Below, piece after piece: positions 58,401 through 64,000 of a DNA stretch of 64,000 nt. The stretch lies in IMG/VR virus record IMGVR_UViG_3300008116_000013. One strand, given 5' to 3'. The first letter of the stretch is position 1. Every line of letters starts with the position of its first letter. The translations under genes and the position numbers were made by a program. The notes beneath the pieces are model-generated. The model saw only the letters and a program-made list of their open reading frames with translations, was not told the DNA's origin and searched no databases. The DNA is from an uncultured virus (IMG/VR IMGVR_UViG_3300008116_000013). Taxonomy: Duplodnaviria; Heunggongvirae; Uroviricota; Caudoviricetes.

Positions 58401-61400
58401 CACTTCTACACGATTGATAAGTGGATAAGACTTGATGTAATCACCATTCGGTGCATAATAATCTACATCGTCTTCACCCTCAAAATCACCATAATCAATT
58501 CCAAGTGATTCTAAGGCTTTGTTTTCTGCTTCTCGTTGTGCGGCAACTTCTAGCATTTCCTCATGGGTCATACACTCCACTCCCTTGCTTCCCAATCCAT
58601 CAGGCACATGTTAGTTTGCTCCTTATCAGTATAGTTGTCGTAAGCATACTGACGACACTCTTCTTCTGTGCCCTCAAACAGCATTTCATACATCTTGTGG
58701 TCTCCATCGTAGGTAAACTTATAAAGCCCCCACTCATCATAGCAGTCGGGAAAGAATGGCATTATCGTAGTTTCCCCTTAATTTTCTTGAGACAATCGTT
58801 GAAACCATCTACCGTGCATTCAACATACTCATTTTGAGAACCAGCAGAAGATTGTTCTTTCGGTAAGAACAACTCAATCCTATCTACCAAATCCTCAATA
58901 GAAGTTTCCATATCATCATTACTATTGGTTGTAAATACATCTTCCCACCAATCATAAATCAAATCAGTAAGATTTTGTGGTTTAGTAGAAGATGAAACTA
59001 CACCTTGCTTGACTGCTTCCCTGAATGCTCCTTTCAATCCATCAGCAACTTGCTCTGGTGTTTGTGGAGTTGGTTCCCACTCACTCACATTTTGTTGATA
59101 AGCAAACTCATAACCTGCTTGGAAACTTTCACTCACTTTCTTTTCTTTTGAGGCATTATATCCCATTTGAAATGCTCTCCACCTAATATCAAAAATATTA
59201 TCAACACTTGGATTAGTTGGAGGATACACACCCATCCAATCTTTATATGCTTCTTCTACTGGTGATTTTGTTTTTTCCAGTTCTTCAAGGAAAGAGAGTT
59301 TCTTTTCAAGCACTTTAATTTCTGCTTTTGTTTTTTCAATTTCAGTCATTTCCGTGCCTCCATTTTTATGCGATACTCACACCATTCTTCGTGATTTTCC
59401 AAGTATCCGTTGATTTGTGGATCACTAATCTTACAATAAGAACAACGATAATAAGGATTATCACCACCAATAGGTTCTGTTGGGTAATCGCAGTAATACT
59501 TTTCAGTCATTTTGCCTCCCAATACTTACCTTCCATTCCACATCCGTGATACTTTCTCATATTATCACAAAAACCACCATTAGATTTCCCAGTCACAACA
59601 TTTCCAGACAGATGAGGATTGAGGCATAAGTCAAATGTGTCTCCATATCCAGTAATACGAGCACACCAATCTTTCTTGTAGTGCTTACAATCCTTACATA
59701 GACGAATGGGTTCAGTCACAGAGGTTCTCCACAATCACAATCAAAGTCAAGGTATTCTATCACAGGTTTCCTCAAGAAGTTACAAAGGTGCCACTGTGCT
59801 TCTTCAAATGTAGAATAATCACCATCCCTATATTCATCTACAAATATATTATACCAGAACAATCCAAATCTTTTGTGTTGTGGGTAATATCTGGTTGAGT
59901 GTCCGTCTGTGACTTTTTTGATACGATAGTTTTTCATATATCATACGGCATTTGAGGGTCTTTAGTCCACACTTTTGTATACACTAACCACTTCTCTTGT
60001 CTGTTATCCATTTCTGCTGTCCAGTGATACCCATTCTCATCAATAGCATCAAGGTAATGAATACCTTTTGTGATGTCAATAGTTCGTGTAACAGTTACAA
60101 ACTTTACTTTCTCAACCATTAGAGTTCATCGTCCTCCAACTCATCAGCAAGACGCAGTATAGCACCCTTTACCCACTTCTGTCCCTTGATGAAATAATTT
60201 TTTTCCATACTCAATTCTCGGTCAGGGTCTGGTTCAATATTGAGACCCTCCACTACTTCACGGAGAGCAGCAGCAACGGCAGCATTATCATAATAATTTG
60301 GACCTGGACCCAACTTACTATAATACTCATTCATTACTTGTTGTGCTCTGTTTTTTCTACTCATAGTGCTTCTACCTCATTGGCAAGTTCATACAATACA
60401 TCAACAGGACTTTGAAGTTCTCCACAATCAGTACAAAGTCGTGCTGCTGCTTCGTTGATGATAAAAGCAATCAGTTTCTTGCGGTCATCCTTCTGTGGTC
60501 GCAATGTGAGTTCCATAGAAGCATCTAGGAGTTCTTGTGCCCTAGTCGTCATTTGTGTTCTTTATACCAACGAAGGTCTCTTGGTTTCCAATCAACTATA
60601 CTACAATCAAATTGAAATCGTTTGTATCGGATAAAACCACCGAACAAATGACTGGAACCAATACTCAACTGAAATGCTGGGAATAAATCATCACATCCAT
60701 AATCATCCCATTGGAGAGTAATATCCAACAGAGCAAATCTGCGGCATGAGAGAACTTGGAGAAACCATTCTTTCCCATAGTCCTCATAGGTTTCATAGTC
60801 AAAGAGTTTCATCAATCCTCTCCATTTTAGCAAGGGGTTCGTGTCCCCATTTCATAGGGTCATCATAGCATACCTGCATCATTTCAGGCCACTTTCTTTC
60901 CGAATCCTCACTCTCAATAATACCTTCTTCTACTGCCCGTTCCCAAGAAAGTTTCTTACGAATAACACAGTGAAGGTCATAAAGAACTCCATTATTCTTG
61001 GGAAGGTCTGGATGCCCAATACCCAAAGAAACTTGAGGACAATCAATATCATCTACCATATGATTGCAAAGAATATTGCCAATCGTGCGTGTGTCTTCGT
61101 GAAGTTTGGTATAATCAGTCGGTTTTTTAAGAGGCAACCAATCCACAATCTCTTCCCACTGCCCCAACTGAACTCGTTGGAGTACATCAGTAGCATATTG
61201 CAGTGCCCGTGCCTGTTCTTCTGTGATAGTGAGAGTGTAGGTTTTCATGGATTTGTAGGTTGTTCAGGTGGCACAGGGGGTGGTGCTACTGGAGGTAGTA
61301 TAACGGGTTGTTGAACTGCTTGCACTTGAGGTTGTGCCACTTGCTCAACTGGTTGTGCTGGTTGTGCTGGTTCTTCTAGTTTCTTTTCAAGTTCTTGGAT

Positions 61401-63269
61401 TTTCTGTTCCAGAGTCTGTTCCAGAGGAGCAGTTTGTGCGTTTTTAATATCCTCAGAAATCTTCCAACTTGCAAGACCCACACTAAAAATACTAGCAAGG
61501 GCAGCAACAACAGAAACAGTTTTAGAAAAACTCATTGGTATTCGTCCTCAGGAAAAGTAAAGTATTCGTGAATCGCAGACATCACAGCATCTTCAATATG
61601 CTCAATCACAGCACCTTCACTGGGGTTTTCTACATGTTTGTGTGCCCGATGCCATCCTTGACGCACACCCTCTTCAATTGCCTGTTCTAAAATGACATAA
61701 AACTTAGGTTTCATTCTTCTTCCTCACAAGGGAACATAGCATCATACTCTTCATCGGTCAGAGTCAGGTACTGAACATCAGCATCTTGGTGTTCTTCGGC
61801 ATACATCAGTTGATAGTGTGCGAAGTCAGAGAGACTTGTGCTCCCATATTCTACCAGACCATCAACCAAGCACAAGTAGTTCATAATACCTCCCAATCAC
61901 ATTCCCAATGACAATCGTTGTTTACATTGACCCAGAAGAAGTATTTCTGATTCTCGGATGCAAGAAACATCATACCATCACCCTTGTCTTGCTCAACAAT
62001 ACAAACAGGATTGTTGCCCATCATATTACACAGACGGTTCTTCGCCTTGCTGCTTTTGGGTCTTACGGTTACTCTTTTCATTTTCAATCTCTAGTTTGAG
62101 TTTACGAATTCCAGTAATGAAGTAAGCAAAGTCACGGGTCTCTGTGATAGGTTTGGTTTCACCACACACATCACAGGTTGACGTATAAACAGAAGAACAA
62201 CCTACCGAATAAACACCATAGGTTCGTCCACAATCCATACAGGTATTATAAGCAGTTTCAAGTCTCTTGAGAAGTGCTTTCTTTTCTTTGAGGTTCATAA
62301 GGTCCAAGTTCAACACGGGGTTTTGTGTCTGCAAGGTAATCATACAGCATCTGGGCGAACCCGTACTGGGGTTTTGTGCCAGTTTCAATACTGGATGAGG
62401 TGGCAACAGTCCACATTATATCAAGTTGTAGTTTATCAGGTAAGTTCTTCATCTAAATCAACATCAATACCATCAGTAAGGTCTTTCAATCGGTCAAAGA
62501 AATCTTCATCAAGTGGATATACCTTTTCTTCTCCTCTATCAATTCTATCACACATTTCCATCAGGTACTCAAGAAACTCTTTGGGGTAGGTTTCATCTAG
62601 GTTGATACTTGTCCAAAACCACTGGTAACATTCTTCATATGGGTCATCAGTTGGAAGTAGAGCATAGTCCTTATAGTTTCCACTGATGAGGTCTCTCCAC
62701 ATCTTGAAGTTATTCCACATCTCTCTCCAACCAGTTTGGAAGCAGTGACCAAAGTAATATTCAAACCAGTTTAGTTTTTTAGCCATCTTTCAACTTCATA
62801 TAATCTCTTGCACGGTAAAACAATTCATCACGCCAGTTACGACCACAAATATCAAAAGTGAAACCTAACCGACCAATAGAAAATAGAAAGGAGAATAGTC
62901 TTCCATATCCCATAGAGATTTGAAGATAAGGAAATTCAATCCATTTCCCATACTCTCCATAATCAAAAGCAAGTTGAAGTAGTGAATATCGTCTTCCAGT
63001 ACAAAGAGTCATATACCATTCTTTTCCGTAGTCGTTTCTTTCGCCAAATTGAATGAGTTTCATAATCAGTAAGGTAACGACTTCAGACCATCTAATACTT
63101 CTTGGAATCTTTCGGCACGACTCTTGTGGTGCTCTACATTCTCTTCCAATACACCTACAATATCGTCCAGCACAACATCCAGAGAGGCATCAGTATCAAA
63201 GTATTTCTGGATTGCTTCGGCAAGGTATCTCCTCCGACTCCATTCCATACTATAAGGACGATAATTCAT
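55476..63269 (-). CDS. Long run of small hypothetical ORFs (e.g. 55476-55703, 55851-56057, 56523-56705, 57043-57255, 57245-57469, 57466-57765, 57762-57998, 58036-58305, 58302-58607, 58568-58762, 58762-59349, 59507-59734, 59716-59937, 59934-60119, 60119-60364, 60361-60552, 60549-60833, 60799-61248, 61245-61535, 61532-61714, 61711-61896, 61881-62087, 62026-62406, 62436-62786, 62779-63063, 63066-63269)
   Basis: Head-to-tail minus-strand tiling with ATGA overlaps; sigma70 promoter TTGACG-17-TATACT at 56389-56417. Confidence 0.7.
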
Positions 63270-63290
63270 AATCAGAAAGTATATGCAGGT

Positions 63291-63319
63291 ATTATAGGGT
63301 ATCTAGGGCAGTTTGTCAA
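63291..63319 (-). promoter_or_regulatory. Perfect sigma70 consensus promoter
   Basis: TTGACA-AACTGCCCTAGATACCC (17 nt)-TATAAT; the -35 overlaps the stop codon of the HiPIP-like gene. Confidence 0.9.
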
Positions 63320-63519
63320 TCTTTGTTTTTTCTATCATACTGATGCCACTTGCACCAACCATCGGCAGCAATCTTTCCTTTTACTGCGGTACAGGCATTC
63401 GGTGGTCTCCACATATTACAATTGGAGCACTTCTCATTGCCCTTCGGATGATTTTGATATTTTGCTGTTTCCTTAGAAGACTTTTCTTCTTCTGCTATAA
63501 ACTCTTGATAGGATTTCAT
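63316..63519 (-). CDS. HiPIP-like [4Fe-4S] protein with an N-terminal capsid-targeting-like sequence
   Basis: MKSYQEFIAE followed by K...KYQNHPKGNEKCSNCNMWRPPNACTAVKGKIAADGWCKWH (CxxC-x8-C-x12-C ending in GWC). Confidence 0.85.
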   Translation of the reverse strand: MKSYQEFIAEEEKSSKETAKYQNHPKGNEKCSNCNMWRPPNACTAVKGKIAADGWCKWHQYDRKNKD

Positions 63520-63522
63520 TGG

Positions 63523-63996
63523 TTAAGTTGTCTCTTGTAACATTTTTCTATAACAATCTCTGGCAATAATTGCTTCATCTATCGTATCATAAGTGCCAAC
63601 ATAGTAGTTAATCTTTTTATGCCACATATTGACTTGATATTTACCAGATGGGACTTTTTTTATATTTCTCAACTCACCATTGGGACATCTGCGATTTATA
63701 TTTTGTGTAGAGTTGTCTGCCCATCTTATATTGCCAGGAATATATCCAGAGTTGTTGTTTATTCTATCAATAGAATATCCTTCTGGTCTTTCACCCAAAT
63801 TTTCATCAATATATTTTAGAAACTTTATAAAACCTGGCGGAGTTTGTGTGGTGCCGTGAAACCCTCTTTCAGACCACTCTTCAAAAATTTCTATCCCACG
63901 AGCACCATACTCTGAATAGTTTATATTTTTTGGATCTTTACATCTGCGTATCATACCATTCCAAGTATGATATAGGGGGTGTTGTGATACTTTCAT
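63523..63996 (-). mobile_element. HNH-family homing endonuclease with an AP2-like C-terminus
   Basis: HPLYHTWNGMIRRC...YGARGI...GYSIDRINNNSGYIPGNIRWA...QNINRR...YYVGTYDTIDEAIIARD. Confidence 0.85.
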
Positions 63997-64000
63997 TGTA

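Larger units (their letters stand above)
35969..62396. promoter_or_regulatory. Dispersed early-promoter palindrome TGTG(C/A)CA..N..(C/G)TG(T/G)C(A/C)CA, about 30 nt upstream of a -10 box
   Basis: Copies read at about 35969, 37078, 37695, 38222, 38969, 39496, 40013, 41633, 42105, 42373, 44230, 46387, 47618, 49899, 50662, 51684, 52345, 58061 and 62375. In the copies checked, the -10 (TATAAT/TATACT/TAGACT) follows 29-31 nt later. Confidence 0.85.

Noticed and set aside
1..64000. tRNA, rRNA, introns/inteins, integrase or reverse transcriptase/DGR
   Set aside because: No cloverleaf/T-loop signature, no interruption in the visible core genes and no RT or recombinase motifs were seen by eye; tRNAscan and Infernal were not run

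Overview
This window is a 64-kb segment of a T4-like cyanomyovirus genome (Kyanoviridae-type). The evidence is the T4 gp17/16/15/14/13/8/7/6/25 orthologues plus cp12, speD and an nblA-like ORF. Almost all genes lie on the minus strand. Positions 1-35 kb hold the AT-rich late packaging, neck and baseplate module with TAAATA-type late promoters. Positions 35-64 kb hold a dense early/accessory region of small ORFs, many driven by a repeated 22-24-bp palindrome about 30 nt upstream of a -10 box. Five observations stand out. (1) Several genes begin with a T4 internal-protein capsid-targeting sequence (MKT/SxxEFIAE-like); their cargo includes a HiPIP-type 4Fe-4S protein and an ADP-ribosyltransferase-like protein. 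(2) A 599-aa modular protein looks like a prohead-protease-processed polyprotein. (3) Two homologous promoter-driven small RNAs with covarying stems, plus a third pseudoknot-like RNA, lie at 37.7-39.8 kb. (4) An origin-like locus at 42.6-43.3 kb has TCTCGWCGAGA palindromes, divergent sigma70 promoters and 22-bp iteron-like repeats. (5) A dockerin/EF-hand-like module is inserted in the giant baseplate protein. All family assignments come from reading motifs by eye; no database search was run.
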